64,000 bases of DNA from the human T2T-CHM13v2.0 reference genome, Homo sapiens (GCF_009914755.1 NC_060929.1), one strand, 5' to 3'. Numbered from the stretch's first letter, positions 29,378 through 43,500 are shown. The notes: generated by a model not told the origin, from the letters alone. Program-made: numbers and translations.

Positions 29378-30084
29378 CAGGGATTGACAAGATTTTCTGT
29401 AAAGGTTCAGAGAGTAAATAATTTTGTATTTGTAGGCCAAGAGGGAAAATCAAGACTGATATGTGGTTAATTATGAATCAAGAGAGCAAATTTTCACAAA
29501 TATTTTATTGATGACATTTAAAAGATGATCATTGAGTATAAGTTTCTGTAATCGAAAGAGTCTACTAATAAGAAGAATAACACTGGGATTCCTTGTAGTT
29601 CAGTTAATGTTACTTATCATCATGGTAGAAATGTGGCCTCATTCTCCCACAAAGCCTTTTCTTGCTTCTCTGAAACACAGGGATCTTCCCTTCTGGGAAC
29701 TCAGCAGGAAGTCTCAAGTGCATCACTCATTTGGCGCTCCTATATTACTCTCACAGTGCTGGAGAACTTTGTTTGACAACCAGGCTACATCTGGTTAGAC
29801 CCTGGGCTTGAATTTCAGCTGGAATTCAAAACCATTGGCTGTGTGGTCTTTGATTTCTTAGCTAACTTATCTGGAAGCTTTGGTGTTGTCATCTATGAAA
29901 TCAGTAATAATACTGTCCAGGACTGTTTAAAGATAAAGTATGTGGATACATGCACATATTTAGAATAGTGCATGAGATGATGTAAAGTCCTAGGTAAATA
30001 TGTTACTATTTTGATTTATTTTCAAAACTATTTTTAGCTTACAGGTACAAAAACAGGCTGTAGGACACCATTTGCTAATCCCTG
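29378..30084 (+). mobile_element. MER58/Cheshire-family hAT element with a foreign internal segment
   Basis: Left arm CAGGGATTGACAAGATTTTCTGTAAAGGTTCAGAGAGTAAATA (to ~29611); right arm TACAAAAACAGGC...TTTGCTAATCCCTG; 8-bp TSD CCCTAGAG / CCCTAAAG. Confidence 0.8.
29790..30012 (+). mobile_element. MIR nested between the MER58 arms
   Basis: AGACCCTGGGCTTGAATTTCAGCT...GGCTGTGTGGTCTTTG...TCATCTATGAAATCAGTAATAATA...TTTAGAATAGTGC...GTAAATATGTTACTATT. Confidence 0.7.
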
Positions 30085-30092
30085 CCCTAAAG

Positions 30093-30500
30093 TGGACACG
30101 GTGTGCTGGTCCACCCATATCCCTCACCTCAGCACTGGAACACCATTCTCCTGCTTGCTAGGAGTTCTGGCTCCTGCTAAGCACCCGTCTGAGAATCAGG
30201 AATTGTCTTCCTCTGAAGGAAGCTGTCTTGTTAATATCACACTTCTTCCCCGGGGGCAGCCTGCATCCAATGACTATCAAAGGAGGGTTGTAAAAGTCTT
30301 GTTCTCAAAGATGACTCTGAAGAACTATCTCAGCTCCTGAGCTCCTCCTGGGATCCTATAAGGTGTGTGTTACAACTACAAGGCAGCACAGCTTGCCCTT
30401 TGCCAGTCTTGCTTCCCTGCCCTTCACAGGTGCGATTCCTGACTACACCTCAAAGGATATCAGTCATCCACCTCCCACCATATTTTAGATTGTTTGTATC
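30093..30500 (+). mobile_element. LTR16 (ERVL) solo LTR, LTR16C-like
   Basis: GGAATTGTCTTCCTCTGAAGGAAGCTG...TTCCCCGGGGGCAGCCTGCATCCAATGACT...CAGCTCCTGAGCTCC...CACAGGTG. Confidence 0.8.
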
Positions 30501-31664
30501 CCACAGCCTTGAGGATTATATACAGCTGTGTTTAATGCTCCTCAGCCTTAAGCTGCTCTCATTATCCTTTATTATCCCTTACGTGATTTTTAGAACTTCA
30601 GAACATGATCTTGGTCAAGCATTTTGAGATGCAAAGTAAAACTGGGATACTGTGTCATTCTCACATGCTGCTCGTGTGCTAATATGATTCAGTGATTCCC
30701 CCAGAAATGTAATTGAGTGAAATATGAAATATGAGAAATATTTAAGGACTGATCATTACTGAGATTCTACATAATAACAGAATTTGTTGTTTCAAATCAC
30801 AACAAAAGTGCTTCCTCTGTATTGGGGTTGCTTTATTCTAACCTCCACCCACAACCGTTTTAACTTACTCTCCATTTCAGAGTCAGAGAAAAGGCTCATT
30901 TGAGGAAAATATTTGCAGGCTGGTTTATACAGATACAAATGTGAGCTACAAAATTGTGCCACCTTCAGTTTAATGCGATATTACTGCTACTTATTTGGTG
31001 AATAACAGGGAATGGAGAGGGTATTGTGATAGATTACGATTATAAAAAGATGCAAACTACTCAGGTTTATGACCTTCTATGAATGTAATGAAATATACAT
31101 TCATACATAGCAGTACTTCCAGTCTGCCATGAGTCCCCTTAGCTAATAGAAGACATAAATAGAAAACGATTTCTATGAAAATGTGCTTCTGGTGGGGTTA
31201 AATGAGACTTCTGCCTCTTGCAACACACTTTAGAACAAGTAAAAGAGTATAATACTTCATATGAATGAACAATGAATAGATGAAATTTTTTACTTCCAGA
31301 GATAGATAAGAGGCTGATAACAATAGTTAGATTCAAACAGGGGTTAAAAAAAAGAATGATTAATAGATCCATATTAGTCTGAATATTAAGCTTGACATCT
31401 TAGTGCCATCTTTACTTTTTTGCTCTGAGGCATGGAGTTAACTCCTAAAGGGCCCTTTCTTCTTCAGAGATGATTGTTGAAGAGGACTGCCTGAGCCATT
31501 GCTTGCATATAGTACGGAGAGTTATACTTCCGGAAGAATAAAGGTTAATTTAGTTTTCTATCACTGAGATGCTCATTTCTTCCCACTGAACATAACTGCC
31601 CAAATTTTCAGGATTTTCTTGGAAAGCCTGGATATTGAGTCATTACTTAAGTAATGACTTCAGC

Positions 31665-31857
31665 CTCAGGCTTATTTAACATACACGATCATGTCCACTC
31701 AGTGGCATTAGCGTCTCCTGGGATCTTGATAGAAATGCTAATTTTGGGGTGTTACCCCACATTTACTGAATCAGAAATTCTAAAGGTGAGGTCCAGTCAT
31801 CTCGGTTATAACAAATGTTTTAGGTAATTCTCATGCCCACTAAAGTGAGAAGCACTA
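31665..31857. mobile_element. MER5A MITE
   Basis: CTGGGATCTTGATAGAAATGC...TACTGAATCAGAAATTCT...CACTAAAGTGAGAAGCACT. Confidence 0.8.
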
Positions 31858-31873
31858 ATGAAAAGAAAAATGA

Positions 31874-32180
31874 GGCTGGACAGGTGGCTCACACCTGTAA
31901 TCCCAGCACTTTGGGAGGCCAAGGCGGGTGGATCAAGAGGTCAGGAGTTCAAGACCAGCCTGGTCAAAATGGTGAAACCCCATCTCTACTAGAAAAAAAT
32001 ACAAAATGTAGCCGTGCTTGGTGGCATGCGCCTGTAATCCCAGCTGAGGCAGGAGAATCGCTTGAACCGGGGGATGGGGCAGAGGTTGCAGTGAGCTGAT
32101 ATGGCGCCACTGCACTCCAGCCTGGGTGACAGAGTGAGACTCCATCTCAAAAAAAAAAAAAAAAAGAAACAAAACAAGAT
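31874..32180 (+). mobile_element. AluS (Sg-like) with a ~12-bp right-arm deletion
   Basis: Canonical Alu; CCAGCTGAGGCAGG lacks ACTCGGGAGGCT. Confidence 0.95.
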
Positions 32181-33164
32181 AAAATATAACCAAATTGTTC
32201 CAATAGAAAGGACGTTGCTTAACATGGCAAATGAACAGCCATAGAGCTTAAAAATTTTGCACGTTGAGAAATCTTTTAAAAATTAAGCTCTCCTAGGAAC
32301 TTATTCTGTTAAAAAGATAGGCTTTTATGACAACCATCTCTCCACACCTAGGCAAAAAGGGCAGATTAGAGAAATATAATAGAGTAAGACAAAGAAACCA
32401 TCCCTAAGCAGAAGCTAGAGCGAGAAAAGAAAATGCAACACTTAAATCAGAAAAAAGGAAACACCTTTGGTTTCAGGCAATGTACTTCCTGAGATTTCAG
32501 AGCCCAGGCAGACTCAATAATTAAATACCGAACAATAAGTCGTAGAAGACAGTCACTGAAAAACCTTTACCATTAATACCAAAGATTCTGACTTTTAAGA
32601 AAAGTATTTCTTTATAAATCTTAGGGAATAAAGGGTCAAATTTTGAGGCCTTGTCAAATATATATATATATATAAAAAAACTATTAATATCCTTAATACC
32701 TGCATTTGTAAAATCTCTGAAAGTTAAATGAACATATGTACAGGAAAGCACATTAAAATTTCATTTTTTTCCTATCACCCACTTCTCTTTTACTCTAGAA
32801 GTTTCAGATTCTCATCTTTATTCTCCCAAACTTTTTCTCAATGTCCAGATCTCAGTTTTCTCTGGTTCTCCATTATTTTGGTATGTAGATTGACTTTATC
32901 CTGACCCAGAAATAAAGAATTCTTCTTTGAAAAAGAAGAGAACTTCGAACAAGCAATTATAGTATTGTTTTGGGGAAGCCAGTGTGAGAAATATATGAAA
33001 CATTCCTCTGTTAAATTTTTCTATTTCCTTTCCCTTGGAGCTGCCTGGTTTAAGACTTAGGAAAGAGGATTAGGGAAAAAGGGAAATGAAAGAGAAGATG
33101 TTCTGAATTCTTCTGCTCCAGGACAGTCATTTCCTGACCCATATACACTCAGGAATTTCACCAA

Positions 33165-36086
33165 GGTAGACATAATCAAGATGGCTGACTAGAGACACCC
33201 AGTACTGGCCTCCTCCACAGAGAAAGACTGTAACACCAAGCAGATAACCACATGTTGAACGGAGTCTAGGGGATAACGCTAATCTAGCAGAGAAGCCACA
33301 AGGAACCTTTGAGGCACAGAAGCCCAAGATGACAGCATAGAGAGCAAAGCAGAACAGCTGGCCAGATCAGCTCTGAGCCAGGAGGGACGCCCCATTGTGG
33401 GGAAAGATGAACAAGAGATGCCTAGCAGTCCACATTCCCACCACAGATGTCTATAGTCTTAGCTACAGGAAAGTCCCTCGACCCTCACTGGCACTGAGTG
33501 TAATATAGGAAGCTTCTCAGAGTCCACACAACTGCATTGTTTTAGAGGGAATCTATGCTCAGTCCCACCAATGAGATGCAAGATGGTGTATCTCAACACC
33601 CTTTTGAGAGCTGATCCAACACCATACTACATCCTCCCTTGGGGCTCAATAGCCCTTACATCTCCACATCCCTGGGGCCCTACCAATATCCACCCACATC
33701 CATCCAGAGGGCTACAGCATCACATGCCAACTAGACCCAGCGGTATAGCCATGACACTAGCACCTGAGCCAGTGTAGCTATGCTAGATCCCAGGGAACCG
33801 CAGTCCAACACATTAGGGAGGTGCCCCAAGATATAGAGAAATAAAGGATGCACTCTTCAGGACCTAAAGACTGGCTGTCCACGGCCACCAGGACCAGCAG
33901 CAACCCCACCCCCTCCAGCAGCTGGCACACCTGTGCACCCAGCCTAGGAACACTGGGCCCAGTCCATCTGCCCAGCTGTGGACACATCCAACACATGTGC
34001 AACATGCCTAGGGGCCTGGGAAACTGCCTGTGTCTCCATCCCACCACTAACACTATTGATGCATACATATCCCACTCCAGGGCTCAGAGAGTGCAATGTC
34101 TGGTCTGCCAGTGTCTGTGTACCCTGCCCTGGGGCCCCAGGACTGGTACACCCAGACTACCACCACCACTGCTGGCACCCACATACTCCACCTGGGGCCC
34201 AAAGACTGACCCAACCAGTGAATGCCTCTGCTGCAATTAATGACAGCATCTACCAGCTAAGGGACTAAGGACTGGCCTGCTTAGTACCCCTATGCCCATC
34301 AAAGCCACATCACAGCTTTCACAAACCACCGCCACTTAGCCACTAAGAAGCTTACACACACTGCTGACACTGATGAAAGGTAGTTATATGGAATCTACAC
34401 TAGAATGCCTACCCAGAACTAAAGCCAAAAGTACTCCACTTAACTGACATTATATATACATCTATTTTTCCCAACGAAAGCTAATCCATAAAATTAGAAA
34501 TGACCATTACACCAAATGTGCAGATATCAATGTAAGAACAAAAGAAGCATGAAATAGCAAGGAAACATATCTCCAAAGGACTACAATAATTATCCAAAGA
34601 AAATGAATTCATGAAATGAAATGCCTGAAAACAAGTTTAAAAATGATAAGAAAACTCAGTGAGATAGAAGAGAACGTGGATAAACAATACAAGTAAATCA
34701 GGAAAAAATATTCATAATCTGAATGAGAATTTCAACAAAGTAATTCTTTTATCAATTTTATCATTTAAAAAACCCAAACAGAAATCATTAAAATGAATAA
34801 TTCAATGCGTAAAGTAACAAACACATTCAAGAGCTTCAACAATAGATGTGGTCAAGCCGAGAAAAAAGAATTTCTGAATTTGAAGTCAGGTCTTTTGAAA
34901 TAACCCAGTCAGACAAAACAAAAATGAAAAAAGCCTATGTGACAGAGCCTATGTGACAGAGCAAAAAAGCAAAAAGAGATATACAAATGGGATTATATCA
35001 ATCTAAAAGTTTTCTGTGTAGCAAAGAAAACCATTAACAGAGTAAAGAGCCTACAAAATGGAAGAAAATATTTGCAAGCTCTTTGTCCAACAGGAGATGA
35101 ATAGGCAAAACATATAAGGAACTCAAAAACAGTTAAGAAAACAATTCTATTAAAAGATGGCAAAATGATCTAAACAGACATTTATCAAAAGCATACAAAT
35201 AGCCAATAGATTTGTGAAAAATGCTCAACAACTCTAATGATCTGGGAAATGCAAATCAAAACCACAATGCGATATTGTCTCACCCCAGGTAAAATGGCTA
35301 TTATCAAAAAGACTAAAAATAGCAGATGCCAGCAAGGATGCAAAGTAATGGGTACTCTGGTACACTCTTGGAAATATAAATTAGTACAGCCATTTTGGAA
35401 AACAAGTATGTAGGTTCTTCCAAAAACTAAAAATAGAACCATCATATAATCCAGTCATCTCATTGCTGGGTATATGTGTGACAGAAAGAAAATTAGCTTA
35501 TCAAAGAGATATTTCCACCTTCTTGTTTATTGTAGCACTGTTCACAATGGCTAAGATATGGAATCAATTTGTCTCCATCAACACATGAATAAAGAAAATG
35601 TACGTATAGACTATTATTTAGCCATAAAAAAGAATACCGTCTTGTCATTTGTGGAAACATGAATAAAACTCGAGGACAGTATGTTAAGTGAAACAAGCCA
35701 GGAATGGAAAGACAAATATTGCATGTTCTCACTTATATATGGGAGTTAAAAAGTGGATCTCATAGAGGTACGGAGTAGAATGGTGATGACTTTAGGCTGG
35801 GAAGGGTAGGAGGGTGGTAGAATAAAGAGAAGTTATTTAACAGGTACAAAAATACAGTTAGAAGAATAAATTCTGGTGTTCAAAAGCATGTAGGGTGAAT
35901 GTAGGTTTATTGTAAGTTTTAAAATAGCTGGAAGAAAATATTTGTAATGTTCTAAACACAAGTGATAAATATTTGAGGTAATGGATATTCCAGTTAGCCT
36001 GATTTATCATTATTTCTTCTATGCATTTTTCAAAAATCACATGTAGTCCATAAATATGTACAATTATTATAGATCAAAAATAAAAT
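33165..36086 (+). mobile_element. L1M/L1MA element, internally deleted (5'UTR, 5' ORF1, distal ORF2, 3'UTR)
   Basis: CAAGATGGCTGACTAGAGAC 5' end; ORF1-like 34520-34945; ORF2 3' part from ~34960 (AAATGCAAATCAAAACCACAATGCGAT); L1MA-type 3' end; TSD AATTTCACCAA / AATTTTACCAA. Confidence 0.88.
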
Positions 36087-36261
36087 AATTTTACCAACTC
36101 TTTGGTAAGTACTGGATGTGAATTTATTCCAGAAAAAAACATCATGCTTTGTCTTTTGTTCTAAGTGTAATTGAGTTTTTTACCTGTGTAGTAAACACAA
36201 TGCTGATGTTATTCCAAATGACAATAAGGCATTGCCAATCAATACTTTTGGGATGGTTTTA

Positions 36262-36313
36262 TTAGGTTGGTGCAAAAGTAACGGCACAAACCACAATTGT
36301 TTTTGCACCAACT
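36262..36313. mobile_element. MADE1 (Hsmar1 mariner MITE), internally deleted
   Basis: TTAGGTTGGTGCAAAAGTAA...AAACCACAATTGTTTTTGCACCAACT inverted termini. Confidence 0.88.
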
Positions 36314-36644
36314 TTCTGAGTTAAGTAACCTATTCTGATATTGTTTTTGATAGATACCTGTACCTGATGAATCTAAAGTCATAGGTCCAAAGTTCAAATT
36401 TAGTGTTATTCTTATTTTTTCCTCACCAAATCAACATTGATTTTGGAAATTGGTAGCTGCAGACTAAGTCTGGAAATATTCACTGTTCATTCAGACAGGA
36501 AAAAGTCATTGCAAATGTGTAACTGCCATTTATGAATGTGCCCTCAGTACTGGGCCTTCAGAATGAATGTATCGAGAAAAGCTATCCTGCTTAATTTTCT
36601 TAACATTCACATGAACCAATTTTTTTATTCTTTTCATTCTATAG

Positions 36645-36765
36645 ACTCACTTATTCATTCAATAGGTACTGATTGAGTGCCACCTATACACCAGGCACTC
36701 ATCTGGGTGTGGAAAATATAAAATTAACCAAAATCCTTGTCCTCATGTTGCTTAGCATTCAGCAT
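36645..36765 (-). mobile_element. L2 3' end
   Basis: ATTCATTCAATAGGTACTGATTGAGTGCCACCTATACACCAGGCACT...AAAATCCTTGTCCTCATG. Confidence 0.75.
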
Positions 36766-39700
36766 TTCAGCTTTATAGCCGAGAGAAATTTCACATAAAT
36801 AATATGTCCATAGTCACATACTATGTAAGTGCTGTAAACAAATAATTTAAGTCTATATGACATCAAGAGTTATGCTTTTAACCATAATATTATATCCAGG
36901 ACTCTGAAAGTCAATAAACCTCTGATTTATCTTACTTTCCCCCATCACAGAACATCTAGTGCTACTGAAAATAAAAATTAGTAATATACATTCATTTCTT
37001 TTTTTTCCTACATAAAATCATCTGTGAATTGCTTTTTACTCTGGGCAACCTAAATAGAACTAAGGGTAATGCAGTAGTACTGAGAAGCAGAAATGATATG
37101 ATAAACACCAGTTCAGAGATAAATATATGAGGAGTAAGGAGCTTTAAAGGCTATATGCTAGTGCGCCCTAAAAATTGAGAGACAGAGAGAGAGAGAGAAA
37201 ATAATACACTAAACAGATAAGCAAATTGTATGGTTTATAGCCATATAATAAGATATTCTTTGGAAGAAATTAACATAATATAAATAGTTCCTGGTATCTA
37301 GTTGTTTTCAGACATCCATGAATATATTAACATTCAGGAAACGCTTATGAAACTACATAAAATGTTGTATTTTTTTCCTTCTTATGAGCCACCTATTATT
37401 TTAAATGTCTTTTAAGATGAAGAATCAGCTAAATATGATATTGTGCTTATTCTTATGTTTAATTCTAAAGCAAACATTACATATAACAGGCATTCTGGTG
37501 ATAAGTTCTTAGTTGAAAGAGCATTCTTTTGGCATTATGCAAGTTGTTTATAATCTTCAATTCAATGAACATGCTGGGTTGCACTATTTCATGTAAAGAG
37601 AATAATAGATTATAAGCCTAACTATTACCATTTCATATTTTATGCTCTCCCCAGCATACTCAGAGCCTCGTTTTTCAGCATGACCTCCAGTGAGCACACA
37701 TAAGTAAACAGAAGCTTAAATTTGCTTAAAAAATAAGAGCAAAAATGTTTTGAATTAAATCTTATTCAGCCAACGTGGTTAGAGATGGAAATGTGACAAG
37801 CTCTCAAGTGAACATGAAGAAGCATCTTGGAAATACTATTATCCCTAACCCATCTCATTGAGTTCACAGTGTGTAACTGCATCTGAACATGTTTAGTTGC
37901 TTTACAGGTGACAGCAACTCAACATTGATTAGAGACTGGAAGAAAGAAGAAAAATCATATCCTCTCAAATTTAACACAATTTACAAAGAAATAGTGTTCA
38001 CTTAAAATATTAGAAAGGGGAAAAGTATGTTTGCTTTGTTTTTACCAGGAGCTTATAAATGTGCTTTGTATCAGAAGTGCATGCTCTATGTCTGCACAAT
38101 GTCATACATTCAAATAAAATGTTGCAAATGAAATTTGAGTAGTTGTGCAGTTATGTAGACGAAGTAGAAAAACACTAGATTGGAGCTTGTCACTTCCCTA
38201 TAGATATTTTGGAACTGTATAAATCAGCTTTGGCAAAACAAATGATAGTTATTTTTGTTAAAAAGGAACTATGAGTATCAGTATCAACTTCCACTCCTAG
38301 AAATGGCAAAGTAATTGATACTAAATTAGCTCTCTAGCTTTTTAAAAATAAAAGTATATGAAATAACTTTTCAGATTCTAGACAACAGACAGCACATTAC
38401 TGTGGCATCTGAAAGAAGATAGAGAATGAAGGTTAGCTCTATGGTTACCCTAGCTTTCTGTAGGCATCACCTTCTAGACTGGTAAGGAACAGGAAGTGGC
38501 AATCAAAATTAAGCCTAGTGGTCTTCCTAAGCTAAGGAGAGAGAATCAGCTAGAATTTGCAGGACAAAATATCAAAGAGGAAGAGATCTGTTAAAGGAAG
38601 AAATGTCTGAAATCTACCTAGTAATTCCCTTGAGTCTGCCAATTAATACAGAGATGCACATGTACAGGGACACTCTATATAGCTGGGCAAAGAACAAAAA
38701 TGAAATAGTTATTCCTGGGGGCAGGGGACAATTCCGGAGCACTGTAGGCTGAACTATCAAAGCTTGCATAGGGCTGGGAGACCTTAACGAGGAAAGCACT
38801 TTGAACACCCTACACATTCGGTAGAGACTGAGAAAGGAAATGCCTTTGAAGTAGAACTAATTTAGCATGAGAGTAATGTTACTCTAGATGCATGCTAACA
38901 AAACTGAAAAATAAGTCTTGAAAGTATCAAGCTTATACTCAAGTAAATTAACAGGCTAAAAAAACAAAACATAAACCTTCATTAAGAAATAAGACAAAAG
39001 GCAGACAATCAACAGGATAGCTTTCAATCAAAAATTCCAAGAAGCAGAAAAACTGAGGCCCATACCAGAATGCAAATCAACCAAAAGAAACACACCCAGA
39101 AGTAATAACAATAATGGAATTAGTGAACAAGGATTTTAAAATAGCTATCACCAACATGTTAAATGATTTAAAGGAAATCATAAATATTATGGGAAATCAT
39201 TATCATAAATACCTGAGTACAAATAAGGGCATCAATGGAGAAATAGAAACTAAAGAAAACTGATGATTATAATTTTTCTCACTAGGGAAATTCCAAGTCT
39301 AAATGATCTTCCTCGTTAATTTCATGAACTATTTAAAGATAAAAATAATGCCAGTTTTACATAAACTCTATCATAAAGTAGAATATGGAATACATCTCAA
39401 TTAATTTTAAGGTAATATATAAGCTAACAAAACCAATAAAGACGTAATACATCATGACCTGATAGTTATTCAAGGATGAAATATTGGTTAATAAGAAAAT
39501 CAATCGATGTAAGATGCCACAGTAGCAGACTGAAATAGGAAAATATTAAGGTTATCACAATAAATGCAGGAAAAAATTGACATGTTTTAATGCTACTTTA
39601 TAATAAATATTTTTGCTAATTTGAAATAGAAGACTTCTTCAAGCTGAGAAGGTCATCTATAATTAAAAAAAAAAAAAAACAAAAACCTTACAATTAATGC

Positions 39701-40650
39701 CAGGCTTAATGGTGTAACATTAAGCGCTTCTCATGTAAGAGAATGAACAAATCAAGAGTTTCTTATATCATTTCTGTTCATCATTTCCTTAATGGCCTTA
39801 GCCAGTGCTATAATGCAAGAAAAATAAATAAAAGATACAAATAAGGAAAAAAGTAAAACTCAATATTCACAAACAACATGTGTGTAAAATACCCTTCAGT
39901 ATCAGCAAAACTACCAATAGAACTAATATGTTTGTTTAGCAAGGTTATAGGATAGAGGGCCAAAGGTAAATATTAACTACAATTCTACATAAAAGCAATA
40001 AAAAACTGAAACAAAAAATTACTATTTACAATATCATGAAAAATAAATAGAAATGAATCTAATGACATCATACAAGACTGTTGCACTGAAAACAATAAAA
40101 CATAGCTGAGAGAAATTAATGGATAGCTTTACTAATCAGATTAACTATGTTCATGGATAGGAATACAAAATATTGTGTAGATGTGATTTTCCCCCCAGTT
40201 GAACTGTATATTCAGCATAATCTCAATCAAAATCTCAGAGGACTATTTTTTGTAGAAATTGACAAGCTGACTCTAAAATGTATATAGAAATTTAAAGAAA
40301 AAAGTTTGACTAAAGAATCATGAAAAAGAAGAACAAAGTTAAAGAACTTACACTTCTTTATTTCATTTATTAAGTTATGATAATTAAGTCTGCACTACTG
40401 GCATAAAGATAGATTAAATAAATGAATTTAATAAAACCAATAATCCAGAAGTATGTCTACATATTTATTGTCAATTGATTTTGAACCAAGATGCCAAAGT
40501 AATCCAATGAAAAATTGAAAGCTGCTCAACAAATGGAGCTGAGCACAACTAAATAGATATGTTGGGGTGGGGCGATGAGAGTAAACACTGACCTTTACCT
40601 CATTCCATGCAGTAAAATTAATTCAAGATTGATCATAGTCCTAGGAGTAA

Positions 40651-40990
<340 letters not shown>

Positions 40991-41001
40991 TATATAGCTT
41001 T

Positions 41002-41036
<35 letters not shown>

Positions 41037-41189
41037 GAAGAGAACATCTTCATTACCTTGGAATAGAAAGCGATTTCTTATACAAGACCCAGAAGGCACT
41101 AATTATAAAAGTAAAAGCTTAATAAAATATATATTGTCAAAATTTAAAACTTTTGCTAATCAAAAGAAAAACTAAAAAACTGAATAGAT

Positions 41190-41554
<365 letters not shown>

Positions 41555-41909
41555 TTATTTACAAACAACTTTCCTCTCTTAATAATTAAAATAAAAACAT
41601 TTTTAAAATGAGCAAAAGCTTTGAACAAGCATTTTCAAAGTTCATTTTATAATTTACCAATAAATACATTAAAAATGTGCCGATAAACACACAAAAACAT
41701 TGAATAACATCATTAATCATTAGGGAAATGCAAATTAAACTGACAGTATTACACACTACATACCTTTAGAATACCTAAAGTTGAAACCATTGACCATATC
41801 AAATGCTGGTGAAAATATGAAGCAAGTGAAAAATCACATGCACTGCTTGAGGAGGATAACATAATACAAACTCTTTAGAAACTGGTCTAGAATTTTCTTA
41901 TAAAGTTAC

Positions 41910-42418
41910 TATAGTAGTTTTACATTGCTAGTGTAATAAATTACCACGAACTTGCTAGCTCAAAATAATGCTAGGGGAAAAATCTCTTTCTCTTCCCTTT
42001 AGAGTTCCTGGAGGTTGCCTGAATTCCTTAGATCATGGCTACTTCCTTCAGCTTCAAAGCCAGCAATGTTGCTTTCTCTGATCCTAGTCCATTGTCAAAT
42101 CTCTCTTTCTCTCTCTCTGACTATAGCCAAGAATTGTTTTTCACTTTTAAGGATTTATGTTACTAGATTGAGCCCACCCAGATAATCCAGAATAATGTCC
42201 CTATCTCTCCTCGAACATGTGCATCTTCTATTCAGCCAGACTCAAGGCACCTGTCATGCAGATTTCAGGAGCTTCTTGCTTCAAGGGCTCTCTTTTCTTT
42301 CATACGTTATCTTTAATCATATCTGCAAATTCGCTTTTTCCATGTAGTGTAACATCTTCACATATGAAAAGGATTAAGGTGTGGACATCTTTAAGGACGC
42401 ATTTTTCCTACTGACCAT
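41910..42418 (-). mobile_element. MLT1 (C/D/E-like) solo LTR
   Basis: TAATAAATTACCACGAACTT...CTTCAAAGCCAGCAATG...GATTGAGCCCACCCAGATAATCCAGAATAAT...GGATTAAGGTGTGGACATCTTT. Confidence 0.85.
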
Positions 42419-43319
42419 GGTTATCTTCAAATTTACTTCTAGATATTTACTCAAGAGAAAAAAGAACGTATAAAGTTGTATGTATAAAAAAGACATCTAA
42501 AAGTATCCCTAGCAACCTTATTCATACTAACCAAATATTAGAAACAACCCAAATGTCACAATTTGAATGGATAAACAAAATGGATAAACAAAATCCATAT
42601 ACAGACTACTGATACATGCAACAATATTGATGAATCTCAAAAGCATGCTGATTGAAAAAAAGGAAGCAAACTGTAATGCATACTGTGTTATTTTGTTTAT
42701 ATGATTTTTAAGAACTGGTGATAGAAATCGTAATAGTGGTTGCCTCTAAAGGGGTCAGGGCTAGATACTGAGAGATAGTATAAGGGATCATTATGGGGTG
42801 GTGGGAATGTTCTATATTGTGATAGAGGTATGGGTTATTTATACTGGAATGCCAATAGTTTTAACTTAAGTAGACACTTGATAATGTATTTTGGGGGGTA
42901 CCAATTCTTTAGGCACATGGAGCGATTTTCTTTCTACCGTTCTTAAGGGAAAAAAGGAAGATTGAATACTTTAGGATTAAACAACAAAAACTCACTTCAA
43001 TAAAAAACCTTGCCTCTGTTATGGAGCTTTTATTCTTCTAGTGAGTACCGTTAGTGAAATAAACTAGGCATTAGGGATAAAAAAAAAAATCCCTAAACTA
43101 AAATACAACCACCACCAGCAAAACATAAATACCCTGTACTGTTAGATTAACTGATGTATTAATCATGAAATAAAATTTAAAATATAATGACACACATATA
43201 AAAACTGAAAGCATAAATTTTAGCATAATATAGGACTAAAATTTTATTCCTTAAAGGTCTTGCTATTATTAAGGCTGTTAATTATAGCTTACATTAATTT
43301 ACCAACTATTGTTTGGCAG

Positions 43320-43500
43320 ACACTAGCAAGACATCTTACATTATATTAATATTCAATATGACCTTACATAGTAGGTATTATCACCATTTTATAGAAGAAA
43401 GAACTGAATATTAAAGTTGATAAGCAACTTGCCCAAGTCTACCCGACTCTTAAGTGGCAGAGCAGTGTTTAACAAAAAAATGCCTGGTTTCAAGCACCCT
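43320..43500 (-). mobile_element. MIR
   Basis: GTAGGTATTATCACCATTTTATAGAAGAAAGAACTGA...TAAGCAACTTGCCCAAG...TAAGTGGCAGAGC. Confidence 0.75.

Noticed and set aside
33571-34268. GC-richer region with several 68-130-aa ORFs, suggesting an exon or CpG island
   Set aside because: It is the L1 5'UTR, and its CpGs have largely decayed to TG/CA.
42566-42591. 13-bp duplication AATGGATAAACAA
   Set aside because: Small slippage event inside a decayed L1 3' end.
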